A stretch of 32,000 bases of DNA from Microcystis aeruginosa NIES-2549 (GCF_000981785.2 NZ_CP011304.1:1830001-1862000), one strand, 5' to 3'; numbered from the stretch's first letter, positions 1 through 9,254 are shown. Notes: generated by a model from the letters alone, not told the origin. A program made the numbers and translations.

Positions 1-1167
1 CTGAAAGCCAAACCCAGCCGTAACTTTTTCCCCCCCTGTCAACAGGTGATTTTAGAAGGGGATGAAGTAGATTTAAAGAAAATTCCGATGATTCGCCCCT
101 ATTCCGGCGATGCAGGTCAGATTATCACCCTAGGGCTAGTAATTACTAAAGATTGCGAAACGGGAACCCCTAACGTCGGTGTCTATCGCTTACAACTACA
201 GTCTCACAATACCATGACCGTCCACTGGTTATCCGTGCGCGGTGGGGCGCGTCACCTGCGAAAAGCGGCACAGATGGGCAAAAAATTAGAAATAGCCATC
301 GCTTTAGGGGTTGATCCTCTAATTATCATGGCCGCCGCCACTCCTATCCCCGTAGATCTCTCAGAATGGCTGTTTGCGGGATTGTACGGTGGTTCTGGGG
401 TACAGTTAGCCAAGTGTAAAACCCTCGATTTAGAAGTGCCGGCCGACTCAGAAATCGTCCTCGAAGGAACAATTACTCCCGGAGAGGTATTGCCAGATGG
501 ACCCTTTGGTGATCACATGGGTTACTATGGCGGTGTGGAAGATTCACCCCTGATTCATTTCCACTGTATGACCCATCGTCGCGACCCCATTTATTTAACC
601 ACTTTTAGCGGTCGTCCTCCCAAGGAAGAGGCGATGATGGCTATCGCTCTTAATCGTATTTATACGCCGATTTTACGGCAACAGGTGTCGGAAATAAGAG
701 ATTTTTTCCTGCCCATGGAAGCTTTAAGCTATAAAGCGGCGATTATCTCCATTGATAAAGCTTATCCCGGACAAGCGCGGCGAGCGGCCTTAGCTTTTTG
801 GAGTGCCTTACCCCAGTTCACCTATACTAAATTTGTCATCGTCGTCGATAAGGAGATTAATATTCGCGACCCCCGGCAAGTGGTTTGGGCAATTAGTTCT
901 AAAGTGGATCCAGTTCGCGATGTGTTTATTCTCCCAGAAACCCCCTTTGATAGCCTCGATTTTGCCAGCGAAAAGGTCGGTTTGGGGGGGAGAATGGGAA
1001 TTGATGCCACCACTAAAATGTATCCCGAAACGGACCACGAATGGGGGGAACCGTTGGAGTCGGATCCGGCCATGGCGGTCAAGGTTTCCCAACGCTGGTC
1101 AGAATACGGTTTAATCGATATTAATTTACAAGAAGTAGATGCCAATAAATTTGGCTACGAAATGTAG
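1..1167 (+). CDS. ubiD: UbiD-family (de)carboxylase, 5'-truncated by the window edge
   Basis: Frame 1 is open from nt 1 (LKAKPSRNFFPPCQQ precedes the track start at 46), so the gene begins upstream of the window. Motifs GVYRLQ, GPFGDHMGYYG and RDPIYLTTFSGRPP fit 4-hydroxy-3-polyprenylbenzoate decarboxylases as I recall them. Confidence 0.9.
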   Translation: MKAKPSRNFFPPCQQVILEGDEVDLKKIPMIRPYSGDAGQIITLGLVITKDCETGTPNVGVYRLQLQSHNTMTVHWLSVRGGARHLRKAAQMGKKLEIAIALGVDPLIIMAAATPIPVDLSEWLFAGLYGGSGVQLAKCKTLDLEVPADSEIVLEGTITPGEVLPDGPFGDHMGYYGGVEDSPLIHFHCMTHRRDPIYLTTFSGRPPKEEAMMAIALNRIYTPILRQQVSEIRDFFLPMEALSYKAAIISIDKAYPGQARRAALAFWSALPQFTYTKFVIVVDKEINIRDPRQVVWAISSKVDPVRDVFILPETPFDSLDFASEKVGLGGRMGIDATTKMYPETDHEWGEPLESDPAMAVKVSQRWSEYGLIDINLQEVDANKFGYEM

Positions 1168-1243
1168 ATTTATTCGACTAGGCTGTTAGCTAAGACGCAT
1201 TTTAAAAGATTTAGAACCTTGTCTTCTGACAAAAGATTCCTAA

Positions 1244-1386
1244 ACTCCAAACAAAAATGATTCTACAGATAATGGTAAACCCAAACGTCAATGTAGAGAT
1301 TGTGGTGATCGGTGAGTGGGCAACCCTAACAATAAAATTATTTCGCCAGAGACTGAACCATAGACCTCTTGTAAAAATCAAAAATT
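1244..1386 (+). pseudogene. Decayed N-terminal fragment of an IS1-type (InsA-like zinc-finger) transposase
   Basis: One frame reads TPNKNDSTDNGKPKRQCRDCGDR*VGNPNNKIISPETEP*. The KN..T.NGK.R.QCRDCG.. pattern resembles the Zn-finger N-terminus of IS1-family transposases. It has in-frame stops at 1313-1315 and 1361-1363 and abuts the MITE at 1387. Confidence 0.35.
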
Positions 1387-1507
1387 GGCTCTTCTAGGTT
1401 CTGTGTGATCAGTTTAACTTACTCTATGATCGATCGATCTTTGTGTCCTTTGTGTCTTTGTGGTTCGTTCCACCCACTCGCCAGCAGCACTGTGTCTTAG
1501 AATACAT
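1387..1507 (+). mobile_element. MITE family A, copy 1 (right end truncated)
   Basis: Begins with the family terminal repeat GGCTCTTCTAGG. Shares about 120 nt with 21058-21199 and, inverted, with 10942-11097 and 22841-22975 (core GATCTTTGTGTCCTTTGTGTCTTTGTGGTTCGTTCCAC). Similarity stops after CTTAGAATACAT; there is no right terminal repeat or target duplication. Confidence 0.75.
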
Positions 1508-1514
1508 ATCGTGC

Positions 1515-1544
1515 TTGACATAAATCCCGCAATAGTGCTACAAT
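1515..1544 (+). promoter_or_regulatory. Sigma70-type promoter candidate for rplJ-rplL
   Basis: TTGACA (1515-1520), 18-nt spacer, TACAAT (1539-1544), about 210 nt upstream of rplJ. Confidence 0.5.
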
Positions 1545-1549
1545 GAAAA

Positions 1550-1757
1550 GCTGGCTTAAGCCAAAGACAGCAGGTGCCAAACAGCTTAAATACCCTGCCG
1601 AGGTCAAAGCGAGAAAACAGCAGCCAAAAAGACCAAAGAGAGATTTTTTCTGTCTCGGTCGTGACTGAACTGATTCTCTCCACTCAACCCCGGCGCTACA
1701 AGGGGTTATTTTTGTGCCTGTGGAACCGGTCCCCCGCATACAGGAGGTGAACAAGGG
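1550..1757 (+). promoter_or_regulatory. rplJ 5' leader with an attenuator-like hairpin (L10-leader-type autoregulatory region, by analogy)
   Basis: A roughly 200-nt untranslated leader lies between the promoter candidate and rplJ, with SD AGGAGG at 1741-1746. The internal terminator-like hairpin is listed separately. The analogy is to L10(L12)4-binding leaders known in other bacteria. Confidence 0.4.
1686..1714 (+). terminator. Intrinsic-terminator-like attenuator inside the rplJ leader
   Basis: AACCCC (1686-1691) pairs with GGGGTT (1702-1707), followed by ATTTTTG. Confidence 0.5.
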
Positions 1758-2306
1758 ATGGGGAGAAGCAGAGAAAGCAAGGGAGTAATTCTAGAAGAAT
1801 TAAAAACCTCCCTTAGCGAAGCTCAATTAACGATGGTCATCGACTATCAAGGTTTAACCGTCGCCGAAATCAGCAATCTACGCCGCAAATTGCGCCCCAC
1901 GGGAACGATTTGTAAAGTCACCAAAAATACTTTGATGGGATTGGCGATCGCTGAAGATAGTGGCTGGGAACCGATGAAAAGCCTTTTATCGGGAACATCC
2001 GCCTTTCTGCTCGTAAAAGAGGATATCGGTGGAGCTTTCAAGGCCTATCAAGAGTTCAAAAAAGAAAGCAAAAAAACCGAATTGCGTGGCGGTGTCCTCA
2101 AAGAAGGGACAAAAGGTCAACTGTTGACAGAAGATCAGATCAAAGCGATCGCTGATTTACCGTCGAAAGAACAGTTAATCGCTCAGGCTGCCGGAGCAAT
2201 CAACGCCATTGCCACCAAACTGGCCCGCAGCATCAACGAAGTTCCCGCATCTTTGGCCCGTGCCGTCGATGCCGTGGCCCGTCAAGAAGAAAAAGAAGCG
2301 GCTTAA
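1758..2306 (+). CDS. rplJ: 50S ribosomal protein L10
   Basis: 182 aa with typical L10 sequence (LTVAEISNLRRKLR, TKNTL), directly upstream of rplL. Confidence 0.97.
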   Translation: MGRSRESKGVILEELKTSLSEAQLTMVIDYQGLTVAEISNLRRKLRPTGTICKVTKNTLMGLAIAEDSGWEPMKSLLSGTSAFLLVKEDIGGAFKAYQEFKKESKKTELRGGVLKEGTKGQLLTEDQIKAIADLPSKEQLIAQAAGAINAIATKLARSINEVPASLARAVDAVARQEEKEAA

Positions 2307-2349
2307 TACCGCGCCAATCGATCACTTAAAACAATTAGGAGTCTAACCC

Positions 2350-2742
2350 ATGTCTGCTGTAGCTGAAATCTTAGAAAAACTCAAAACCCTGACCCTCTTA
2401 GAAGCTGCGGAATTAGTCAAAGGTATCGAAGAAACCTTCGGAGTTAGTGCCGCCGCTCCAACTGGTGGCATAATTATGGCCGCTCCCGGGGCTGCTCCGG
2501 CTGCCGCCGCTGAAGCTGTGGAAGAACAAACCGAATTTAACGTCGTTCTCGAAGAAGTTCCCGCCGACAAGAAAATTGCTATCCTCAAGGTAGTGCGCGA
2601 ATTGACCGGTTTAGGACTCAAAGAAGCGAAAGACCTAGTAGAAGCCGCTCCCAAAGCGGTTAAAGAAGGCACTAACAAAGACGAAGCCGCCGCCATCAAG
2701 AAAAAACTGGAAGATGCCGGGGCAAAAGTTAGCGTTAAATAG
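2350..2742 (+). CDS. rplL: 50S ribosomal protein L7/L12
   Basis: 130 aa with an Ala/Pro hinge and the C-terminal [24 protein letters not shown]...GAKVSVK signature. SD AGGAG lies upstream. Confidence 0.97.
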   Translation: MSAVAEILEKLKTLTLLEAAELVKGIEETFGVSAAAPTGGIIMAAPGAAPAAAAEAVEEQTEFNVVLEEVPADKKIAILKVVRELTGLGLKEAKDLVEAAPKAVKEGTNKDEAAAIKKKLEDAGAKVSVK

Positions 2743-2755
2743 ATTGCCACTGATT

Positions 2756-2780
2756 CTGGGGATGTAGATTACATCCCCAG
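2756..2780 (+). terminator. Stem-loop after rplL (no U-tract)
   Basis: Perfect 10-bp stem CTGGGGATGT / ACATCCCCAG with a 5-nt loop, 14 nt after the rplL stop. It lacks a T-run, so terminator function is uncertain. Confidence 0.4.
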
Positions 2781-2846
2781 ACAAGCTGAAAAGCTCATTT
2801 CCTGATACTATAGGATTGTTATAGCAGTCTTGTAGGATGTCTAACC

Positions 2847-2942
2847 ATGGAAAGCGTCGCTTACATTTTAGTTTTAACTATGGCTTTGTCGGTAATTTTC
2901 TTCGCCATCGCCTTCCGGGAACCTCCCCGGATTCAAAAGTAA
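2847..2942 (+). CDS. psbT: Photosystem II reaction-centre protein T (31 aa), missed by the >=60-aa ORF track
   Basis: ATG at 2847 translates to MESVAYILVLTMALSVIFFAIAFREPPRIQK*. The FFAI.FREPPRI motif and length are diagnostic of PsbT. The track ORF 2837..3031 is in another frame. Confidence 0.9.
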   Translation: MESVAYILVLTMALSVIFFAIAFREPPRIQK

Positions 2943-2980
2943 ATTTCTTAACTCCGTTTAGGTTAATAATTTTCTTCCCT

Positions 2981-3029
2981 GAGCCGCCCGCTTGTCAAAA
3001 GCAGGTTAGCGGCTCTGGTTTTCGTATTT
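2981..3029 (+). terminator. Rho-independent terminator after psbT
   Basis: GAGCCGC (2981-2987) pairs with GCGGCTC (3009-3015), followed by TGGTTTTCGTATTT. Confidence 0.6.
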
Positions 3030-3069
3030 AAAGGCTTAAATTAAAGGTTCCCCTCACCGAGCGCCTCCT

Positions 3070-3585
3070 ATGCAATGCCCTAATTGTCAGCATACCGATA
3101 GTCGCGTTTTAGAGTCCCGTTCCTCCGAAAACGGTCAGAGCATTCGTCGTCGTCGTGAATGCTTACAATGTAAACATCGCTTCACCACCTACGAGCGCAT
3201 CGAATTCGTGCCGATCACGGTGATTAAAAAAGATGGTAAACGGGAATCCTTCGATCGCTGCAAACTGCTGCGCGGGATCGTCCGCGCTTGCGAAAAAACC
3301 GGCATTCCCCACTCAAGATTAGAGGCGATCGTCAATGATATCGAATCCCGTCTGCAGCAAGACTCAAAACGGGAGGTAACAAGTCAGGAGATCGGTCAAT
3401 TAGTCCTAGAATATCTCCGGCAAGAATCGGAAGTGGCCTATGTGCGCTTTGCTTCGGTTTACGGCAATTTTCAGGGAATTAGAGACTTTATCGCCGCTTT
3501 AGCTCTGCTGCAATCCTCCGAAATCGAACGCGCCTACCCTTCTTGGTCTCCAGTGGAAGAAGCCAGCGTAATCACCTCGTCTTAA
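3070..3585 (+). CDS. nrdR: Transcriptional repressor NrdR
   Basis: [17 protein letters not shown]...[20 protein letters not shown] zinc ribbon followed by an ATP-cone; 171 aa. Confidence 0.95.
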   Translation: MQCPNCQHTDSRVLESRSSENGQSIRRRRECLQCKHRFTTYERIEFVPITVIKKDGKRESFDRCKLLRGIVRACEKTGIPHSRLEAIVNDIESRLQQDSKREVTSQEIGQLVLEYLRQESEVAYVRFASVYGNFQGIRDFIAALALLQSSEIERAYPSWSPVEEASVITSS

Positions 3586-3817
3586 ATAGTTCCCGATTCA
3601 GTTATAATTAGGATCCCTTGTGCTATTTCAAGCCCAAGCTCTGGTTAGATTCTTAAAAGTCATTCTTGAGGCGGATTGCCTTCAAGAAAGCAGGATGCGG
3701 CAGTTCATCCCCTAGGCCCTGCCTAGAAACTAAATTGGGAGGCATCTCCTTTATTTAGAAACTGTACATCACATAGGAGGAAAAACCTACGGAACTTCCG
3801 AGGCCCAAACAACGTAC

Positions 3818-4810
3818 ATGACCACCCAAAAAACCGCAAACAAAAACATAGGCTTTACCCATGAAGATTTTGCCGCCCTTCTAGACAAATACGATTATCA
3901 TTTCAGTCCGGGAGATGTTGTCGCCGGGACTGTTTTCAGCATGGAACCCCGGGGAGCGCTCATCGATATCGGTGCTAAAACCGCCGCTTTTATCCCCGTG
4001 CAGGAGATGTCGATCAACCGCGTCGATAATCCCGAAGAAGTTTTACAACCCAACGAAACCAGGGAATTTTTCATTCTTACCGACGAGAATGAAGATGGAC
4101 AGCTAACCCTGTCGATCCGTCGCATCGAATATATGCGCGCTTGGGAACGGGTGCGTCAATTGCAAAAAGAAGATGCTACCGTGCGCTCGAATGTTTTCGC
4201 CACTAACCGTGGTGGGGCATTAGTCAGAATTGAAGGTCTCCGCGGCTTTATCCCCGGTTCTCACATTAGCACCAGAGAAGCGAAAGAGGATTTAGTCGGT
4301 CAGGAATTGCCCTTAAAGTTTTTAGAAGTGGACGAAGATCGCAACCGTCTGGTTTTAAGTCATCGTCGCGCTTTAGTGGAACGCAAGATGAACGGTTTAG
4401 CCGTGGGACAGGTGGTAATCGGTTCCGTGCGCGGAATCAAGCCCTACGGTGCTTTCATCGATATCGGTGGAGTCAGTGGTTTACTGCATATTTCCGAAAT
4501 TTCTCACGATCACATTGACACCCCCCACACGGTTTTCAATGTCAATGATGAGTTGAAAGTGATGATTATCGATCTCGATGCCGAAAGAGGTCGCATTTCC
4601 CTCTCGACTAAACAATTAGAACCCGAACCGGGAGATATGCTAAAAAATCGCCCGTTAGTGTTTGAAAAAGCCGAAGAAATGGCGATTAAATACCGAGAAA
4701 AACGTCTAGCGGAAGCGGAAGGCCGGACCGTCTCGGAAGTGGTCGAAGAAATCGAAGTTCCCCCCGCCTTGGAGGAGGAAGATTTAGTTCTCGCCGCCAC
4801 CGAGGAGTAG
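3818..4810 (+). CDS. rpsA: 30S ribosomal protein S1 (short cyanobacterial form with three S1 domains)
   Basis: 330 aa with repeated S1-domain motifs (GDVVAGTV, GFIPGSHIS, GQVVIGSVRGIKPYGAFIDIGGVSGLLHISEIS). Confidence 0.92.
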   Translation: MTTQKTANKNIGFTHEDFAALLDKYDYHFSPGDVVAGTVFSMEPRGALIDIGAKTAAFIPVQEMSINRVDNPEEVLQPNETREFFILTDENEDGQLTLSIRRIEYMRAWERVRQLQKEDATVRSNVFATNRGGALVRIEGLRGFIPGSHISTREAKEDLVGQELPLKFLEVDEDRNRLVLSHRRALVERKMNGLAVGQVVIGSVRGIKPYGAFIDIGGVSGLLHISEISHDHIDTPHTVFNVNDELKVMIIDLDAERGRISLSTKQLEPEPGDMLKNRPLVFEKAEEMAIKYREKRLAEAEGRTVSEVVEEIEVPPALEEEDLVLAATEE

Positions 4811-4812
4811 GT

Positions 4813-4857
4813 CAGCTATCAGTTATCAGTTATCAGTTATCAGTTATCAGTTATCAG
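4813..4857 (+). repeat. Heptanucleotide microsatellite (CAGTTAT), about 6.4 units
   Basis: The string cagctat cagttat cagttat cagttat cagttat cagttat cag is read directly, starting 3 nt after the rpsA stop. Confidence 0.95.
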
Positions 4858-4948
4858 ATTTGAGTTTTAAGTGTACAGTATTAAGTAGGGTCTGCGGCAA
4901 TCCCCCGTGAAATAGGAAGCTCTCAACGACCTTGAGAGTAGTTCACTT

Positions 4949-5983
4949 TCAATCTTCAAAACCGACACTGCCGACAACTCCTGTAATTCCGGTCATCTCC
5001 TCACTACTGTTGGCATCGAGGAAACGATCCAAGTCATCAAAAGTGGTTCCGTAGGTAATAGTGCTATCGTGGTATCCTTTCAGACTGACGGTATGTTGAG
5101 CAAAAACTTGCTGGAGATGGGGTAAACCGATGAGATAACCGTAGGTAGTAGCTCCGATGGCTAAATCCTTGCCCATTTCTTTAGTAGCCGACTCCAAACG
5201 AAAAGCGGCGTTGACTGTATCGCCGATCGCCGTATAATCTGGATGTTCACCGCTGCCAGTATTGCCGACCATGGCATAACCAGTATTCACCCCCGCACCG
5301 ATGCGTAATGGGAAAGGTAAGGGATATTGTGCACTTAAAGTGCAAGTCATGTTATGTAGTTGCGTAATTGCTCGGAAAATTTGCAGGATATCGTCTTGAT
5401 TGACTTCCTGTTGGCCGTGAAACCAGATGGCCATGATCGCATCACCAATATATTTATCTACCCAACAGCCGGAACTGCGGATAATATTCCCCGCATGGCG
5501 AAACCAATTGCCAATCAGAGAAGAAAGCACTTTTTCGTCTAATTGCCTGGTTAAAGCCGTAAAATTCCGCATATCTACCACCATCACCGATGTTAAGCGC
5601 CGTTCATGGAGGACGGAGGTGAGGGTATCCCATTCTAAATTGCGCGGTTGCTTGCTTACATTGGTGGGAGCAGGACGATAGAACTGCACCTCGGTTTTGC
5701 CAAAGGTGATCTGCTCTTTGCTATGGATAGTCACTGGAATGCCTACCCTTCTGCCATTGACAAAAGTTCCATTGCGACTACCGAGATCGATCAGATAAAA
5801 ATCCCCTGTTTCCGTGGATTGTAAAATAGCGTGATTACGAGAGATACAGTGATCTTTAATCACGATATCGTTATCTTTGCTCCGTCCGATTGTCCAGTAA
5901 GATCTCCCCACGAGAGGGAAAAAACGCTGGCCCTTCTCGGTATGGAGTAGTAAATAGGGATTTTGTCCTGGTAGTATATCCAC
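4949..5983 (-). CDS. FHA-domain class III adenylate/guanylate cyclase
   Basis: N-terminal FHA motifs (WTIGRSKDNDIVIKDHCISRNHA, GSRNGTFVNG). C-terminal cyclase motifs (VMVVDMRNFTALT, KYIGDAIMAIW, RIGAGVNTGYAMVGNTGS, YTAIGDTVNAAFRLE). The start is GTG at 5983 and there is no nearby in-frame ATG. Confidence 0.85.
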   Translation of the reverse strand: MDILPGQNPYLLLHTEKGQRFFPLVGRSYWTIGRSKDNDIVIKDHCISRNHAILQSTETGDFYLIDLGSRNGTFVNGRRVGIPVTIHSKEQITFGKTEVQFYRPAPTNVSKQPRNLEWDTLTSVLHERRLTSVMVVDMRNFTALTRQLDEKVLSSLIGNWFRHAGNIIRSSGCWVDKYIGDAIMAIWFHGQQEVNQDDILQIFRAITQLHNMTCTLSAQYPLPFPLRIGAGVNTGYAMVGNTGSGEHPDYTAIGDTVNAAFRLESATKEMGKDLAIGATTYGYLIGLPHLQQVFAQHTVSLKGYHDSTITYGTTFDDLDRFLDANSSEEMTGITGVVGSVGFED

Positions 5984-6034
5984 GGGTGCATAAGCGGCAA
6001 TAGATAGACTGCGTTAATTATATAGCCTATTGTC

Positions 6035-6736
6035 TTAGGCCAGAGAGGCGGTAATCCAAAATAAACCATCGACTAAAATTGTACTCAATACAGCCCCGCT
6101 AAATGCCCACCAATGACATACCCTTTTTTGCAAAGGATAAATACCGATCGCTAAGAGCAGGTTGAGCAGCACGATCGCCCAACTGATGCCCCAGGGGGTC
6201 TCAATTTGGGCCAAGGCGTTATGAAATATCGGCGATACTAGGTTGGGGTCTAGTTCCACGGTCATTAATTGTCGCCAGTAGGGGATTAGTCCCGTTAGAT
6301 AGAAATATACATCGGTGATGGCCGTTCCTAACAAAGAACCCAGATAGAAAAGATTGCCCACTTTGCCGCGACCTTTGTATAATCCCCAGAGAACAAAGGG
6401 CAGCCCGATCGCTTCCATGGGAATATGGATTAACGGTTCCCAACGCCACCAACCCCAGTACAGAGAACCTGCTAACCAACTCCAACTAAAGCCCAAAAGT
6501 AAATCCCCCCAAAGACTGATTTTTGCTTGTTTGAGCAGCCAAATCCCTAACCCCACCCAGAAAAAGGTTAAAACTAGGCTAACTTCGGGATAGTAGCGCA
6601 CTAGGGGCGCTTGCATGAACACGGGAACCGAGACCAGAAATGCTGCTGTCCAAAAGACGGATTGACATTTTTCCCAGTTGGGGACTAGGGGTTTCAGGCG
6701 ATCGGGATTGCTGGGAACTAGAGTAGAGTTGAGCAA
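6035..6736 (-). CDS. Conserved cyanobacterial multi-pass membrane protein (DUF3120-like, from memory)
   Basis: 233 aa, Trp-rich, several predicted TM helices. The track start is TTG, so the true start is uncertain. Confidence 0.55.
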   Translation of the reverse strand: MLNSTLVPSNPDRLKPLVPNWEKCQSVFWTAAFLVSVPVFMQAPLVRYYPEVSLVLTFFWVGLGIWLLKQAKISLWGDLLLGFSWSWLAGSLYWGWWRWEPLIHIPMEAIGLPFVLWGLYKGRGKVGNLFYLGSLLGTAITDVYFYLTGLIPYWRQLMTVELDPNLVSPIFHNALAQIETPWGISWAIVLLNLLLAIGIYPLQKRVCHWWAFSGAVLSTILVDGLFWITASLA

Positions 6737-6897
6737 AGGATTTCAGAATTGTTACGAAACTTTACTTATATTAAGATACATCATTTTCTCTCCACTATAT
6801 CCCCTCTAGAAGATTTTGATAAATTAAAAAGGAAAATTGAGGCAGTGCTATCCTGTTAGAATCGAAACGACAGCAGCGATCGAGGAGTGAAAAAAAT

Positions 6898-7566
6898 ATG
6901 CCGGCGGGCTATGAAGAAAATCCCAGAATGCCCTTAGATAAAGTTATTTTTGTCATTGCTTGCCTCTATCTAGGTTGGGTGGTGGCATGGCTAATCAGTC
7001 AAAAAAATGCCCCCATCTCTCAAAATAGCACGATTTCCCGAGAAGATCAAAAATTTATTGCCTATCTGCAATCATCCCTTGCTATTATTGATCGCCAAGG
7101 TCAAACTTCATCCCCCGATCCCAATCCTGCTGCCAAAAATAACCCTTCTCCAGTAGCCACAGTTCCACCACCACCCCCCGCTAATTTACCAGTTAATAAT
7201 ACTCCCCAGATCATAGAAAGAATTTACGTTCCCGTTTATCCCCAAACCCCTGAAACTACTGCCAAAATTGCCCCAGTTACACCCTCAAGTACCGACATTT
7301 CTGCACCACCATTACCAGCTGCTCCCCAAGGGAATCGACCAGTGGCAGCGGTTATTCCTACCAATAATCAGGTGAAAAATATTCTGGTGGGGGTGATGGA
7401 TTTAGGCGATCAATCTTCAGCTTTATTTGATAATAAGGGCATAACTACTCGTATTTCTCCGGGGGAATTTATCAATGGTTGGACTTTAGTGGAAGTTGGT
7501 AGTCAACAGGTTATTTTGTCTCGCAACGGTCAAACAAAAGTCTTAGAAGTGGGACAATCTTTTTAG
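6898..7566 (+). CDS. Membrane-anchored proline-rich hypothetical protein
   Basis: ATG is preceded by GAGGAG. It has an N-terminal TM helix (VIFVIACLYLGWVVAWLI), a long Pro/Ala/Thr-rich linker and a small C-terminal globular region. Confidence 0.6.
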   Translation: MPAGYEENPRMPLDKVIFVIACLYLGWVVAWLISQKNAPISQNSTISREDQKFIAYLQSSLAIIDRQGQTSSPDPNPAAKNNPSPVATVPPPPPANLPVNNTPQIIERIYVPVYPQTPETTAKIAPVTPSSTDISAPPLPAAPQGNRPVAAVIPTNNQVKNILVGVMDLGDQSSALFDNKGITTRISPGEFINGWTLVEVGSQQVILSRNGQTKVLEVGQSF

Positions 7567-7997
7567 GTTAAACGACGGATAAATTCTAGGGGTAAACCGT
7601 CTGTATCGGCAATAAAGGTGACTTCATAGACATGATCGCCGATCATCTGTTGTTGGGGGGGCAAAAGAATGTTTAAAGGTTGATATAAATCGGCATCCTC
7701 TTGATGGGCTTGCTGAAATTTATTTGTTAATTTTTCTAACCATTCTGGTAGATTGCTGACATTTTCTGTTAGGTCAAAAGACAAGTGATAATAACCGACA
7801 TAATGCTGATCGCTAAAGGCATCGGGGGCGGGTTTCGGTTCAGGAATTTGGATTAATTCGATGCGTCCGTTTAATCCTGTTAGCCAACAGGCCAAAGTAT
7901 AACCCGTGGTGAATCTTTCCTCTAGGTTAAAACCGAGAAGTTGGTAAAAAGCGATCGCCCGATGGATATTAGCGGTACGAATAGAAGCATGGTGCAT
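7563..7997 (-). CDS. VOC (glyoxalase/bleomycin-resistance/dioxygenase) family protein
   Basis: MHHASIRTANIHRAIAFYQLLGF, then HLSF and YEVTF beta-alpha-beta-beta-beta style motifs; 144 aa. Confidence 0.75.
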   Translation of the reverse strand: MHHASIRTANIHRAIAFYQLLGFNLEERFTTGYTLACWLTGLNGRIELIQIPEPKPAPDAFSDQHYVGYYHLSFDLTENVSNLPEWLEKLTNKFQQAHQEDADLYQPLNILLPPQQQMIGDHVYEVTFIADTDGLPLEFIRRLT

Positions 7998-8000
7998 TTT

Positions 8001-8018
8001 CAGTAATCAGTAATCAGT
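8001..8018 (+). repeat. Heptanucleotide repeat (CAGTAAT) x2.5
   Basis: The string cagtaatcagtaatcagt lies between two tandem minus-strand genes and overlaps the stop codon at 8014-8016. Confidence 0.8.
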
Positions 8019-8529
8019 CAAAAAGACGAAAATAGGGATAACGTTTGGGAACCCCCGGTTCTTTTTCCAGATCAAAGTTAATTACATCCCAACAGGGTTC
8101 ATCGGGGGCATCGGGACTAAATTCTACCGGTAAACCGTAGAGACGGGGAATAGTGGCTTCACCCGGTTCATTACCGCGCCAAGTGGTGTTACGTTCTAGG
8201 TAGGAACTAACTAGATCGCGATAACGGTTGGCAATAATCACTTTAGTCGCTTTAAATCCTTGAGTATAGAGGCGATCGAGTGCTTCGTGAATCTCAAAAC
8301 GAATACCATCCGGGTGGGTGTGTTGACGATACCACTCACCATTCCAGAGTCGCCAATGCCGTCCTGACTGCAAGTGAACCAACTCACCCGTTTTGGGATC
8401 GGCTTCAAAAGCCCCATGGCGCGGACACAAATAGGTATCCGTCAAAGTGAGGGCGGGGATTAGCTGCCGACAGTGAGGACAATGGATATCGGGGCCAAAA
8501 ACAGGGTATTGTAAACTTGCATTGATCAT
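8014..8529 (-). CDS. Conserved cyanobacterial hypothetical protein with an N-terminal Cys/His zinc-ribbon-like motif
   Basis: I start it at ATG 8529 (MINASLQYP...) rather than the track's TTG at 8595. It carries a CPHC...CPRH motif. The family is recalled as a cyanobacteria-restricted hypothetical, not verified. Confidence 0.65.
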   Translation of the reverse strand: MINASLQYPVFGPDIHCPHCRQLIPALTLTDTYLCPRHGAFEADPKTGELVHLQSGRHWRLWNGEWYRQHTHPDGIRFEIHEALDRLYTQGFKATKVIIANRYRDLVSSYLERNTTWRGNEPGEATIPRLYGLPVEFSPDAPDEPCWDVINFDLEKEPGVPKRYPYFRLFD

Positions 8530-8637
8530 GGAAGAACCTAAACTAAAAATTGCTATCTTTGTACCAATAAGCCTATATATATTATACCCAACCAAATTGG
8601 ACGGGTATTCTCTTTCGACTTTAGTGCAGATCCTCCC

Positions 8638-9189
8638 ATGTCTTTAGATAACTTAAGATCAACTTCTAATTTCTGGCCCCTTGTCGATGTCAGTCAAGCG
8701 GCTTTTATCGCCCCCAATGCCACGGTAATAGGCGATATTTCCCTAGCTGTGGGGGTGAGTGTTTGGTATGGGGCGGTATTGCGTGCCGACGTGGAACGCA
8801 TCGAAATTGGGGCCTATACTAATATCCAAGATGGGGCGATCCTACACGGAGATCCGGGCAAAATTACTATCCTTGAAGATTACGTTACCATCGGGCATCG
8901 GGCGGTAATTCACGCAGCCCATATTGAGCGCGGTTGTTTAATCGGCATTGGGGCAGTGATTCTCGATGGTGTGCGCGTCGGGGCGGGTAGTATTGTCGGG
9001 GCGGGTAGTATTGTGACAAAAGATATACCACCGCGATCTTTAGTGGTGGGCATTCCCGCTAAACGCGTCCGGGAAGTGTCGCCACAGGAGGCTCAAGAGT
9101 TGATCGAACACGCCGAGCGCTATGCTAAACTTGCCCTCGTTCATGGGGGAAAAGGTACTGATACTGGATTCCCAAAACGGGCGGATTAG
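8638..9189 (+). CDS. Gamma-carbonic-anhydrase-like left-handed beta-helix (hexapeptide repeat) protein
   Basis: Hexapeptide repeats throughout (IGDISLAVGVSVWYGAVLRAD, IQDGAILHGD, IGHRAVIHAA, GAGSIVGAGSIV); 183 aa. Confidence 0.85.
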   Translation: MSLDNLRSTSNFWPLVDVSQAAFIAPNATVIGDISLAVGVSVWYGAVLRADVERIEIGAYTNIQDGAILHGDPGKITILEDYVTIGHRAVIHAAHIERGCLIGIGAVILDGVRVGAGSIVGAGSIVTKDIPPRSLVVGIPAKRVREVSPQEAQELIEHAERYAKLALVHGGKGTDTGFPKRAD

Positions 9190-9254
9190 GGTATAAATAT
9201 AAAATGAGAATCAAGTAACAATCTTTTAAGCACTGACCGAGGAGAAGGAAATCT

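Noticed and set aside
803-1145. Three overlapping ORFs (803..1114 +, 808..1092 -, 822..1145 -) inside ubiD
   Set aside because: They lie wholly inside a well-supported UbiD reading frame, in alternative frames or antisense, with low-complexity translations and no recognisable motifs.
1414-1754. ORFs 1414..1683 and 1497..1754 (-), plus 21040..21237 (+) and 22790..23044 (-)
   Set aside because: They are read-throughs of MITE family A copies or of the rplJ leader. The same pseudo-peptide (DLCVLCVFVVRS / TKTQRTQRS) recurs wherever the MITE occurs.
2343-2750. 135-aa antisense ORF covering rplL
   Set aside because: It is the mirror image of the Ala-rich rplL frame; the rplL assignment is unambiguous.
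2837-3031. 64-aa ORF between rplL and nrdR
   Set aside because: It is replaced by psbT in a different frame (2847-2942), which has a diagnostic sequence.
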